Source of the DNA: Ylistrum balloti
Lineage: Eukaryota
Assembly: GCF_031769215.1 (NCBI RefSeq)
Contig: NW_026782330.1
Span: 496,001 to 560,000, forward strand
Length of the DNA stretch: 64,000 bases
Reading direction: 5' to 3'
Shown here one piece after another: positions 46,101 through 58,385 of the stretch. Position numbers and translations under genes: made by a program. Position 1 is the stretch's first letter; each line of letters starts with the position of its first letter. The notes under the pieces are model-generated. The model was not told where the DNA came from, did not search any database, and was given only the letters and a program-made list of their open reading frames with translations.

Positions 46101-49100
46101 GTTACAGGTAGGAATTCAAACCAGTCATCCTACATACATATCTGTGTGGTCAAGTTATCTAGGAGCTAAACGTGTGTTACCTATGTTTATATGAATTGGC
46201 ACCACATTGCCTTGCTATATCCTCAGATTTGTGTACTAAGTGGGACATACATAGTATGATCTTTCACTATAACCAATCTGAACCGGTAGTCAGTATTTCA
46301 ATTTTGTAGACAATCAAGCAATAAATATTTTTACTAGCCATTCTTAATACATTATTTGTATAGTTGGCTACAATTTGATATTATCAAGGAAAGATATCTG
46401 AGTGATATCGGTCACTCAGAGTTTATATCAACAAACAGTGATATCATCTGTTGTATTTAATTGTCATAGGGATGTGGAAATTCTAGACTTGAGGCCCCAA
46501 TTCCAGGGAAAATGCTGGATGCAGAGAGCAATGAGTCATTTTAAGCCATTTTTAATTCATGTCAAAAACTGACACTGCCATCCTATGAAAATTTGACAGA
46601 AAAAAAAAATGGAGGTTAGGTTTCAGCTTTGAGACTCTATGGTCCCCTACTAGATTATCACTGCATTCCTGCACTTAATCATTGCTTGAATATTTTTTTC
46701 TTTGATAAATAATTGGTTTCAGTGCCTCTCTACTGTAATGTGACATCCTTTAGTTACTTACGTGTATCGTGTAGCCTGCACTTCTAAATGACAAGTGTCT
46801 TTGTTGGATGAGACAGAAGGAGTGATGGGAAGCCTTGTGGTACTTATGCATTATCTCTTTCACAAATAGGCAACCAGGTTTTCATTCCCTAGTCTGACAT
46901 GATAAAGATCAGATACTTCCAACTTGGCGAAGAAAAGAGATCAATATGAATTCACCTAACTTGTTTCACTAATATTGTAGATGATTGTAGTTTAACATGA
47001 GATATGTTTCAACAGGTATAGAAAATACAGCTACATCTTGGACAACTACACCAACTTTTGCCCTCTGCTATATGGTAACAATCTCTTAGTCAAAACAATT
47101 GATATTCTTGTCAAGAAGGCACTGGCTTCAGTTGAAATTATGAAGGAAAAGTAGGGAAGAAGTTTTGCTCCATCAAGCTTCAAAAAATCCTGAAGTAATG
47201 ATAAATGAGAATGGAAGACTTTTTGTGCTGTCAGTGCAAGATGTTTCTAACTTGTCCAACCTGCTTGATACATTTAGAAGACATTTACACAGAACAACAT
47301 CTTAATTAAAATTAGATTATAATCCAGTTGTCTTGACGTAAAATCCACGAGGAAGATAATTCAGATGAATAGAAATATTTTGAAATCAGTACATTGAATA
47401 TTGTACAAGAAAAACCTGTGTGTTTCAGATCAAATTATCCCAATCTTAGGTTGACTGTCTCTGACATATTTGACATGTCTTTGATGTAAATCAGGTTTTA
47501 TTATAGAATATTTTGAATGAGATAAATTGATCTTGCTTATGCCTTTACATATTTGTGTTTTTGAAACAGAGGTGGCATCATAAACAAACACTTGAAACTT
47601 CATTAACTTGTAGCTATGGCTGAAAAGTCTAAAATGGTTACATGTGATTTTTAAACAGAGGTGGAGACATGCACACTACCGGAGTCTAAACGCTTGCTGA
47701 TCCTCATCAACCCACATAGTGGTCCCGGTAAAGCCCAACAGATATTTGAAAAGGAAGTAGCTCCAATGCTGAATGAGGCAAATGCAGATTATGAAGTAAA
47801 AATTACAGGTCAGACAACTTTTTTTTGTAAGGATGATATTAGCATATTGTTTAAGATGTAAAGGATAAAGGTCTTGACTCACAAAGGACACCAGTGTTCC
47901 TATGAACAGAATACTTGGAATAGATCATCAAAATGTACCTTATAAGGTAAATGGATTTCTCTTTTGAATTTAAATGGATATCCATTTTACTGTGGCTGGA
48001 TAGATGCAATGGTAGAGAATTGACAGATTTCAAAGTCCATCGGCAAACCAAAAATCATTTTCCTCTTCCCTTCAAATTCTGATACATGAACATTTCATTG
48101 TGTAAAAAGTCCATTATTTGAAATTTTGTTCAATGCAGTTTCAAAGATACAGTCGCATCAATGATCAAGTAAAAACCAAATAGACAGCCAAGGTTGCATG
48201 ACTTATCTCTCCTTGCCAAAATTCTTTATACAATGTCACCATTCTGACCTACATTTTGATCTCTGGCCGATATCAGAGGAAAGGTTTAGACTCCATCTCT
48301 TACACTATTTGTTACTGGAACTCACTGGAGATATGGGTTCACTTGTAGTGCATTCTTTGCATATAATTTCACATTGGTTGGGAGACTGTAATTTGAAAAA
48401 TTTTTTTGGTTGTTTTGTTTTTTCCAAACTATTGCATAGGATTTTTGTTTTTTTTGTAGAACATGCAGGTCATGCCACAGAAATCATGGTCAGTTTGGAT
48501 CTATCTCAGTGGTATGCTGTAATCATTGTATCAGGGGATGGACTGATATATGAGGTGAGAATAACAGATATACATAGCAATTCAGGTACTTCTGTCACCT
48601 GAGACAAAGTGTACAGAGTGACAGGTTACCCGTGACAAAGTGTAAGGGTGACAGGTTACCCGAGACAAAGTGTACAGAGTGACAGGTTACCCGTGACAAA
48701 GTGTAAGGGTGACAGGTTACCCGAGACAAAGTGTACAGAGTGACAGGTTACCCGTGACAAAGTGTAAGGGTGACAGGTTACCCGAGACAAAGTGTACAGA
48801 GTGACAGGTTAACCGTGACAAAGTGTAAGGGTGACAGGTTACCCGAGACAAAGTGTACAGAGTGACAGGTTACCCGAGACAAAGTGTAAGGGTGACAGAC
48901 TACCCGTGACAAAGTGTAAGGGTGACAGACTACCCGAGACAAAGTGTAAGGGTGACAGGTTACCCGAGACAAAGTGTAAGGGTGACAGACTACCCGTGAC
49001 AAAGTGTAAGGGTGACAGGTTACCCGAGACAAAGTGTAAGGGTGACAGGTTACCCGTGACAAAGTGTAAGGGTGACAGACTACCCGTGACAAAGTGTAAG

Positions 49101-52100
49101 GGTGACAGACTACCCGAGACAAAGTGTAAGGGTGACAGGTTACCCGAGACAAAGTGTAAGGGTGACAGGTTACCCGAGACAAAGTGTAAGGGTGACAGGT
49201 TACCCGAGACAAAGTGTACAGGGTGACAGGTTACCCGAGACAAAGTGTAAGGGTGACAGACTACCCGAGACAAAGTGTAAGGGTGACAGACTACCCGTGA
49301 CAAAGTGTAAGGGTGACAGGTTACCCGAGACAAAGTGTAAGGGTGACAGACTACCCGAGACAAAGTGTAAGGGTGACAGACTACCCGAGACAAAGTGTAA
49401 GGGTGACAGGTTACCCGAGACAAAGTGTAAGGGTGACAGGTTACCCGAGACAAAGTGTAAGGGTGACAGGTTAACCGTGACAAACTGAAGGGTGACAGGT
49501 TAACCGTGACAAAGTGTTAGGGTGACAGGTTACCCGAGACAAAGTGTAAGGGTGACAGGTTAACCGTGACAAACTGAAGGGTGACAGACTACCCGAGACA
49601 AAGTGTAAGGGTCACAGGTTAACCGTGACAAAGTGTTAGGGTGACAGGTTACCCGAGACAAAGTGTAAGGGTGACAGACTACCCGAGACAAAGTGTAAGG
49701 GTGACAGACTACCCGAGACAAAGTGTAAGGGTGACAGGTCACCCGAGACAATGTGTACAGAGTGACAGGTTACCCGAGACAAAGTGTAAGGGTGACAGAC
49801 TACCCGTGACAAACTGAAGGGTGACAGACTACCCGTGACAAAGTGTAAGGGTGACAGACTACCCGTGACAAAGTGTAAGGTTGACAGACTACCCGTGACA
49901 AAGTGTTAGCCTTTTGTCCGGCGTCTTGTGTTGTAAAACTTTTTACATTTCCCATATTCCCTGGGGCTTGAGGGGCGAGGCCAAAATGGATCAAATTGAC
50001 TTCAATTTCAGTTCAAAGATGTTCTACTGTTCATGGATGGAAGATTTTATATAGGAGAATTAAAAATGAAAATATTTGAGTTGAATTTCTTTTAATTCAA
50101 GCTTTGTTAGGAGCCTTGTCCAGCAGATAATGTAATGCACAGTTTATATTTGCATTATGTGTACAATGTAGCTAAAGTTATCTTTTCTTTTTAAACAAAA
50201 TCAATTTGACATGTTACAAGCAGCATAGTGACCGTTAAGGTCCTTGGGACTCTTGTTATGAATACACCTAGGATGTCTTTTAAATGCAAGATGGAATTGG
50301 AGCAAATTGAGCTTGTAAGTACAACAAAACAAATGAAAAAGCAATCGTTATATTAGATTCTTAACACCATGTTTGTTAGCATGATTACATGGGAAAAACT
50401 TTACGATAACATGTTAGTACGTTTGGCATGGGAAGTATGGTATTAAATGAGACATACACCTTGTGACCTGACAAAGGGAGGTAAGAGGATGGAATAACTC
50501 GGTGCCTGTACCAGTTAGTTTGGGAGAAAATTGATGTCCTGTTTTCTGAAAAGATCACTGAAAAGTTGAGGGCTGTTACCAGGATGTGCCATTATAGCTC
50601 AGTTAGATCCAAGTAATTTTTCATTGTTCATGGTGGCTGGTGTAAACTGTATATCAGAAAATGTTCATTTCAGGATACATTCACCCTTCAATCAACAAAA
50701 ATGTTTCTGACTATTTCAAAATTTATCCTTACCATACATTTTTACAGTAAGGAGTTGTGAAACTTTTATTGTGTTGCTAAATTCACCTCTCTTACAGGAA
50801 AAATGGACTCTCTATATATACATCATTTCTATTTTAAAAAATTATAAATTATAGATGCCATGCCTTTGTATGCTAAAATCTACTTATTTGATAACCTTTT
50901 TTCACAGACAATTAATGGCCTGATGAAACGACCAGACTGGGAAAGAGCTATCCAGTTTCCGGTGGGGTGTTTACCAGGAGGCTCCGGGAATGCTTTGTGT
51001 TGGACCATCAATTACTTAGCTGGGTAAGATTAGGGCCAGAAATAACTGTGTAAGCTGCCAAGTTTAATGGCTTTTTGAATTATGTACATTTTGTATGTAT
51101 TGAAATACTTGTTGTTTACTTTTTTTATTTAATATTGACAAAGATTATCAGAATGTCATTATTGGGTTAAAATAAAGAATGATAAAAAAATTGTTATTTT
51201 TTCCAACCAACTGGATATTTTACTTCTTTACTAACCTATTTAAGGCACTCTCTGTCACTTAAGACAAAAAATTCAAAAGGAAGGAGCCAACGTCAGGTAT
51301 AAGTAAGTGGGTGTTAGGTGGGTACTTCTCTGTGAGTATGGAGTCCAGACAAAAATTCTAAATCCATCTCTATAGACATGAAATCTGACATGATGAGATT
51401 AAGGTTTTGCTAAGTATTAACCTGTTGGTATCTTTACTATGAAGGTTGTTAAATAAACTTGACCATGACTAATTCTGAACATCATGGAAGTGAGATATGT
51501 TTCCAATACATTGGTTAACAACATAAAACTTCATTGGTAGATAGATTGCGATAAGGAGAGGTGCAGTGTTCAAGAACCTTAACTCTCTTTTGCATAATTT
51601 AGTACTTATTGAAACTTGGTGTATACATTTGTCATACTAAGAGATTGTGTAGTATACCAAATTCAGGGCCTGCAACTTCTAAATTACATAATTATTGCCC
51701 TTTGATTAAATTTCTTGTACAATAAAGCCATTTTCGGAGAGCATTTATCAGTTTCACTGATACCCCAGTTTTGTTTGTGTTTAGGGAGCCAGTAGGGGAT
51801 GAGATGGTTCTTCACTCGACGTTTATACTGCTGAAGCATCGCCTGATTCCCATGGACCTAGTAGTGATTCAGCTACCTACAATTCAGGTCTTTTCCTTTC
51901 TGTCTGTCACTTGGGGAATGATCGCTGACATCGACTTTGAGAGCGAAAAACTTCGGGCATTTGGAGCAGCTCGCTTCACTATCTATGCATTAATCAGAAT
52001 ACTCAGTAAGTGTGACCTCAATAATGACTTTTTTGGTCTATTGTTAGAATACTCAGTAAGTGTGACCTCAATAATGACTTTTTTGGTCTATTGTTAGAAT

Positions 52101-54072
52101 ACTCAGTAAGTGTGACCTCAATAATGACTTTTTTGGTCTATTGTTAGAATACTCAGTAAGTGTGACCTCAATAATGACTTTTTTGGTCTATTGTTAAAAT
52201 TCTCACTAAGTGTGACCTCAATAATGACTTTTTTGGTCTATTGTTAGAATACTCAGTAAGTGTGACCTCAATAATGACTTTTTTGGTCTATTGTTAAAAT
52301 TCTCACTAAGTGTGACCTCAATAATGACTTTTTTGGTCTATTGTTAGAATACTCAGTAAGTGTGACCTCAATAATGACTTTTTTGGTCTATTGTTAAAAT
52401 TCTCACTAAGTGTGACCTCAATAATGACTTTTTTGGTCTATTGTTAGAATACTCAGTAAGTGTGACCTCAATAATGACTTTTTTGGTCTATTGTTAAAAT
52501 TCTCACTAAGTGTGACCTCAATAATGACTTTTTTGGTCTATTGTTAGAATACTCAGTAAGTGTGACCTCAATAATGACTTTTTTGGTCTATTGTTAGAAT
52601 ACTCAGTAAGTGTGACCTCAATAATGACATTTTTGGTCTATTGTTAGAATACTCAGTAAGTGTGACCTCAATAATGACATTTTTGGTCTATTGTTAGAAT
52701 ACTCAGTAAGTGTGACCTCAATAATGACTTTTTGGTCTATTGCTAAAATTCTCACTAAGTGTGCTTTCAATAGGTCCATTTCAATCTTTTGCTAGAATAC
52801 TTGGTAAATGTACCCACTATAATGTGTATTTCAGTCTATTGTTAGAAATTCAGCAAGTGTGCCTTCTATAACATTGCTATACTTCCCCATTAAGTGTGCC
52901 TTCTATAACATTGCTATACTTCCCCATTAAGTGTGCCTTCTATAACATTGCTATACTTCCCCATTAAGTGTGCCTTCTATAACATTGCTATACTTCCCCA
53001 TTAAGTGTGCTTTCAACAGTGTCTGTTTCATTCTATTAATCTTATTTTCATCTTTAACATTCTTAAGTCAGTGGTAAATGTGAATTGATTCTGTTTTTTT
53101 TCTTGGTTTAGGTACATAATGTTTATACATATATTATCACAAGGAAATAACCCCTAATTACTAAGCAATATGCTTGTTGCATTGAAGTATTCTTTATTCA
53201 TTAAAGGACCTCGCAGCTACAAAGGAGAGTTGGCTTTTCTTCCAAAAGGACAATACACTCCCAAGACACAGCAGGCAATTGCCAAGAACACAATTCGTCG
53301 GATGGCCAGTCGTGAAACTGCAGGGTCAGTATGTGAGAATGGAGCAGTGGGAACCTATCGCACAATATCAGAAGACAGTGAGAGATTGCGATCAGTTTCA
53401 GTGCCAGTGATGCCAATTTCCAGCAGTAAACACAACTATGCTAAAGACAATTTGGGTATGGTGTTTGATGAGACTGTGAAAGAAGAGAATCTTTCTGACG
53501 TCAATGGGCACTCCAGCGGCCACCTAGATGAGCATACAGAGGTGAATGGCATGGGTGCATCAAATGTGAGCTTTGATACAGAAATAGGTGGTGCCAATGG
53601 ACCTGTGAATCATTTACAAGCCGATGATAATCGGGATCCTTCACAAGCTTCAGGCAGCTCACCCTATAGTCCCAACGTGTCTTGTTCTCTCCTTCCTCCC
53701 TTGGATAAACCTGTTCCTCCTGACTGGGTCAAAGTGAAGGGAGATTTCCTCACTGTTCTTGCTACATATCAGCCCTATCTAGGCCCGGACAACTTGTTCG
53801 CTCCTGATGCTAGGCTAAATGATGGCTGCATCCATCTTTTGTTTATTCGCTCTGGCATCACAAAAAAGACATTGTTGGAGATTTTTCTTTCTATTGATGA
53901 AGGAAACCATATTAATTCTCCTTATGTTGAATATGTGAAAGTGTCAGCATTTCGACTGACACCAGATGATTTGTCGATTGGAAATCTGATGGTAGATGGA
54001 GAACATGTGGACATGGCGCCAATTCAGGGACAAATATTCCCACAAATGGGTCGCATTATGGGTATTCAGTAG
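43112..54072 (+). CDS. SPHK2: Sphingosine kinase, SPHK2-like architecture (isoform using exon 1b, ~615 aa)
   Basis: Exons 43112-43511, 47659-47808, 48460-48554, 50908-51023, 51785-52005, 53207-54072, in phase, 1848 nt. DAGK-family motifs LLILINPHSGPGKA, VSGDGLIYE, LPGGSGNAL, SVTWGMIADIDFESEKLR, APDARLNDG, LMVDGE. Strict 1:1 orthology to SPHK2 is not established. Confidence 0.92.
44056..44650 (-). mobile_element. Degenerate HINE-like repeat fragment
   Basis: ttattaggtacccc..gtggcctatagtgatcgccctgtctgtg resembles the reverse-complement 3' hairpin plus microsatellite end of this class. Confidence 0.4.
45125..45565 (-). mobile_element. HINE-like fragment of the 25710/54075 family, interrupted by a MITE
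   Basis: Shares ctgtccataaac..ttttgttatcact and gggactgatcagaaaaacaaaatgg..ggtggccatct with 54075-54630. Confidence 0.6.
45271..45446. mobile_element. 176 bp MITE with ~15 bp terminal inverted repeats
   Basis: Left tagggttttccataa, right ttatggaaaaccctg; flanked by the direct repeat caaatg (45265-45270 and 45447-45452). Confidence 0.7.
48592..49907. repeat. 30-31 bp minisatellite in the SPHK intron after exon 48460-48554
   Basis: Unit gtgacaggttacccgagacaaagtgtaagg, about 43 copies. Confidence 0.96.
51996..52760 (+). repeat. 50 bp minisatellite derived from the SPHK exon end and 5' splice site
   Basis: Unit agaatactca|gtaagtgtgacctcaataatgacttttttggtctattgtt, about 15 copies; the first copy includes the true exon end at 52005. 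Confidence 0.96.
52853..53012. repeat. 37 bp tandem repeat, ~4 copies
   Basis: Unit aagtgtgccttctataacattgctatacttccccatt. Confidence 0.9.
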
Positions 54073-54074
54073 AA

Positions 54075-54630
54075 CAAGTCAACAGAATTTTATTATTCAA
54101 ATCGCTCTGCATCCGTGGTTCGTCCATCCATGCATCCGTCTGTCTGTCCATCTGTCCATAAACAAATTTTGTTATCACTACTTCTTGAGAAGTACGGGAT
54201 GGATCTTTCTAAAATTTCATATGTAGGTTTCACTTGGTCCCTAATTGTGCCCGTTTCATTTTGGGACTGATCATGAAAACAAAATGGCAGGAAGGTGGCC
54301 ATCTAGGATTTTACTCAGTTAAGATTGTTATTGCTATTTCTTAAGTAGTACTGAATGATATCTCAAATTTCATATATATGTTCCCTTTGGTCTCTCCTTG
54401 TGCCTGTTTGCTTTTTGGACTGATCAAAAGAAACAAAATGGCTTCAAGGTGGCCATTTTTTGATTTGGCAGGTAAAGATAATTATCGCTATTTCTGCAAA
54501 GGAATGTTCAAATGTCTCATCATTAAGAGCAAAAACAGAGAAGAGAAAAGAAGGGAAAAGATCCAACTTTCAAAGAGCAGATAAAGATCAAATAATGGGG
54601 GGTGTCAAGATCCCTCTGGGATCTCTTGTT
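54075..54630 (-). mobile_element. HINE-like element immediately after the SPHK stop codon
   Basis: (gtcc/gtct)n microsatellite at ~54115-54160, two internal cores, terminal gatccctctgggatctcttgtt. Confidence 0.75.
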
Positions 54631-56429
54631 GGATATTAGGGACGGAGATATCAAAACACAGCTACATGTGTGTTATGATGTAGATTCTAACAAATACTCT
54701 CAGATTCTAGTACTAGTTTTCACATTTTTTAAATTCAGCATTTCTATTTCTTCCATTTAAGTGTTTAATTTACTGAAAAAATATATAAATAGACATATAT
54801 ATATATAAATGATTATCTATATATTTTAATATTTTTATAGAGATTCTGCTTTAAAAAGCGTTTTTCTATGACCATCCAAAATTTAAATGCTCTGTTGTAA
54901 GGTTATTGATTCCATAAGTGTTGAGTGTGATTGTGCGTACATTTAAGTGTAAAGTTTGGAATATATTCATATTATATTATAATGTGGGTATTAGATATGA
55001 TTATGTTTTTCTCCCTTGGAGGTATTATAAGTGAACAATTCTTATACGAAACTTAATCTGTGTTTGTATGGTTGTTATGTTAACCTGTATCAGGATACCA
55101 ACATTTGAACATCTGTGTTTGTGAATGTGAAGAGCAGACTGAATGTGTATGCAGTAACAGATATATAATGTGTAGCACAACGATCATCTTTTTATTTCTG
55201 GTATAAATGTGGATCAAATTTGTATTTTCACGTACACATGTTCTTTCTTCTGATGTTGAACTTTTCATTTCAAGGTAGCTGAGAGAATGCTTATTATTCT
55301 TTTATTATTTTTTTTTCATGATTTTTTTTTTTTAAATTTTTGTTGATTTTTATATAATTTTTTGACCTGTTTTGACTCTTGCTATTGTTACAGGGCATTA
55401 ACATTTAAGACACTCCTACCATCACCTGAATAACATGAATGGTGGGTTTAAGATGTGATTGCTGTATATCATGCCATCTTTTTTGTCAACTTTTTCTGTA
55501 ATGTAGGAGTTCATGTAAATAATGTGTTTGGAATCATCAAGGTAATATAAAGAAAATATATCTAGTGTACATAGTTAACAGTGAATGTTTATATCAGGGG
55601 ATACTGGTTTTGAATATCTCGGCTGATACACAGTGTATAACCAGGTAAAACTATTGAAAGGCTTGGCAAGTGTGATTTCTCTCATATAAAATATACTGCA
55701 ATCCAGTGTATGAAGTATATAGGTAAATTAACTTAATGTGAGAATTATTTACTGTGGATCGTGACATGGTTATGTACGCGATAGCACTTCAAATGCTGAT
55801 CAAAAGGAATGAACTACAGTAGGTAACCATTCATTAAAGCATACAACCATATAAGGTTTCGTGATTTAAAATGACAATAGTCAAAACAATGGCAGAAATT
55901 TATTATGACAAATTCATCTAAAATGCCATTTACCAAGTGTGCTGGCATCTTTTATTAGGCTTTTTAGGGTCATCAGGATTGGATATATAAAAATCATTAA
56001 ACATTGACATCTATATTGAAGTGATGATGCTGTGTAATATAGAAGGATAAAAAGCTATTGAAATTCAAATTACTCACTTCATTTTCTCTTTCCAGGTCAC
56101 TTAAATGTTATTAAGTTCATGTCCCCCCTTTTTTTTTGAATATGAAACAGAAATGTATTTATTATTAACCAAGCAGTTGAGATACCCTGTTGGTGTGATG
56201 GCCAAAGGTATGCCTACAATGTATTGGATAGGTAGCTCAATTATTGTCTTTCATTGTCAATGCTATCGTAGTTCATATGTCTATCTGTGCTTTGGGCTTT
56301 ATTGATGAAGGTGTGTGTATTACCTATAGGAATTATTTGTAGTCAGAGTTAGAGAGAACTTTGGTAAATCTATCACAGCCAAATGATCAGTGTCTTTTGT
56401 ACCACCACAAAGTAACATCAGTCAAAGTA

Positions 56430-58385
56430 AAATTATCTAGTTCTAAGGCTGCAGTTTGTGGGGAATGTAGACTACAGAGACACTGATCTAGTTCTGTGCC
56501 TGCAGTTTGTGGGGAATGTAGACTACAGAGACACTGATCTAGTTCTAAGACTGCAGTTTGTGGGGAATGTAGACTACAGAGACACTGATCTAGTTCTGTG
56601 CCTGCAGTTTGTGGGGAATGTAGACTACAGAGACACTGATCTAGTTCTATGTCTGCAGTTTGTGGGGAATGTAGACTACAGAGACACTGATCTAGTTCTA
56701 TGTCTGCAGTTTGTGGGGAATGTAGACTACAGAGACACTGATCTAGTTCTATGTCTGCAGTTTGTGGGGAATGTAGACTACAGAGACACTGATCTAGTTC
56801 TGTGCCTGCAGTTTGTGGGGAATGTAGACTACAGAGACACTGATCTAGTTCTAAGTCTGTAGTTTGTGGGGAATGTAGACTACAGAGACACTGATCTAGT
56901 TCTATGTCTGCAGTTTGTGGGGAATGTAGACTACAGAGACACTGATCTAGTTCTATGTCTGCAGTTTGTGGGGAATGTAGACTACAGAGACACTGATCTA
57001 GTTCTGTGCCTGCAGTTTGTGGGGAATGTAGACTACAGAGACACTGATCTAGTTCTAAGGCTGCAGTTTGTGGGGAATGTAGACTACAGAGACACTGATC
57101 TAGTTCTATGTCTGCAGTTTGTGGGGAATGTAGACTACAGAGACACTGATCTAGTTCTAAGGCTGCAGTTTGTGGGGAATGTAGACTACAGAGACACTGA
57201 TCTAGTTCTGTGCCTGCAGTTTGTGGGGAATGTAGACTACAGAGACACTGATCTAGTTCTAAGGCTGCAGTTTGTGGGGAATGTAGACTACAGAGACACT
57301 GATCTAGTTCTAAGGCTGCAGTTTGTGGGGAATGTAGACTACAGAGACACTGATCTAGTTCTAAGGCTGCAGTTTGTGGGGAATGTAGACTACAGAGACA
57401 CTGATCTAGTTCTATGTCTGCAGTTTGTGGGGAATGTAGACTACAGAGACACTGATCTAGTTCTAAGTCTGTAGTTTGTGGGGAATGTAGACTACAGAGA
57501 CACTGATCTAGTTCTAAGGCTGCAGTTTGTGGGGAATGTAGACTACAGAGACACTGATCTAGTTCTAAGGCTGCAGTTTGTGGGGAATGTAGACTACAGA
57601 GACACTGATCTAGTTCTATGTCTGCAGTTTGTGGGGAATGTAGACTACAGAGACACTGATCTAGTTCTAAGTCTGTAGTTTGTGGGGAATGTAGACTACA
57701 GAGACACTGATCTAGTTCTAAGGCTGTAGTTTGTGGGGAATGTAGACTACAGAGACACTGATCTAGTTCTATGTCTGTAGTTTGTGGGGAATGTAGACTA
57801 CAGAGACACTGATCTAGTTCTATGTCTGTAGTTTGTGGGGAATGTAGACTACAGAGACACTGATCTAGTTCTAAGGCTGTAGTTTGTGGGGAATGTAGAC
57901 TACAGAGACACTGATCTAGTTCTAAGTCTGTAGTTTGTGGGGAATGTAGACTACAGAGACACTGATCTAGTTCTAAGGCTGTAGTTTGTGGGGAATGTAG
58001 ACTACAGAGACACTGATCTAGTTCTATGTCTGTAGTTTGTGGGGAATGTAGACTACAGAGACACTGATCTAGTTCTATGTCTGCAGTTTGTGGTGAATGT
58101 AGACTACAGAGACACTGAACTAGTTCTAAGGCTGCAGTTTGTGGGGAATGTAGACTACAGAGACACTGATCTAGTTCTATGTCTGCAGTTTGTGGGGAAT
58201 GTAGACTACAGAGACACTGATCTAGTTCTATGTCTGCAGTTTGTGGGGAATGTAGACTACAGAGACACTGATCTAGTTCTAAGCCTGCAGTTTGTGGGGA
58301 ATGTAGACTACAGAGACACTGAACTAGTTCTAAGGCTGCAGTTTGTGGGGAATGTAGACTACAGAGACACTGATCTAGTTCTAGT
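56430..58385. repeat. 51 bp minisatellite
   Basis: Unit tagttctaaggctgcagtttgtggggaatgtagactacagagacactgatc, about 38 copies. Confidence 0.96.

Noticed and set aside
48778-49994. Overlapping repeat ORFs on both strands
   Set aside because: By-product of a 30 bp array inside an SPHK intron.
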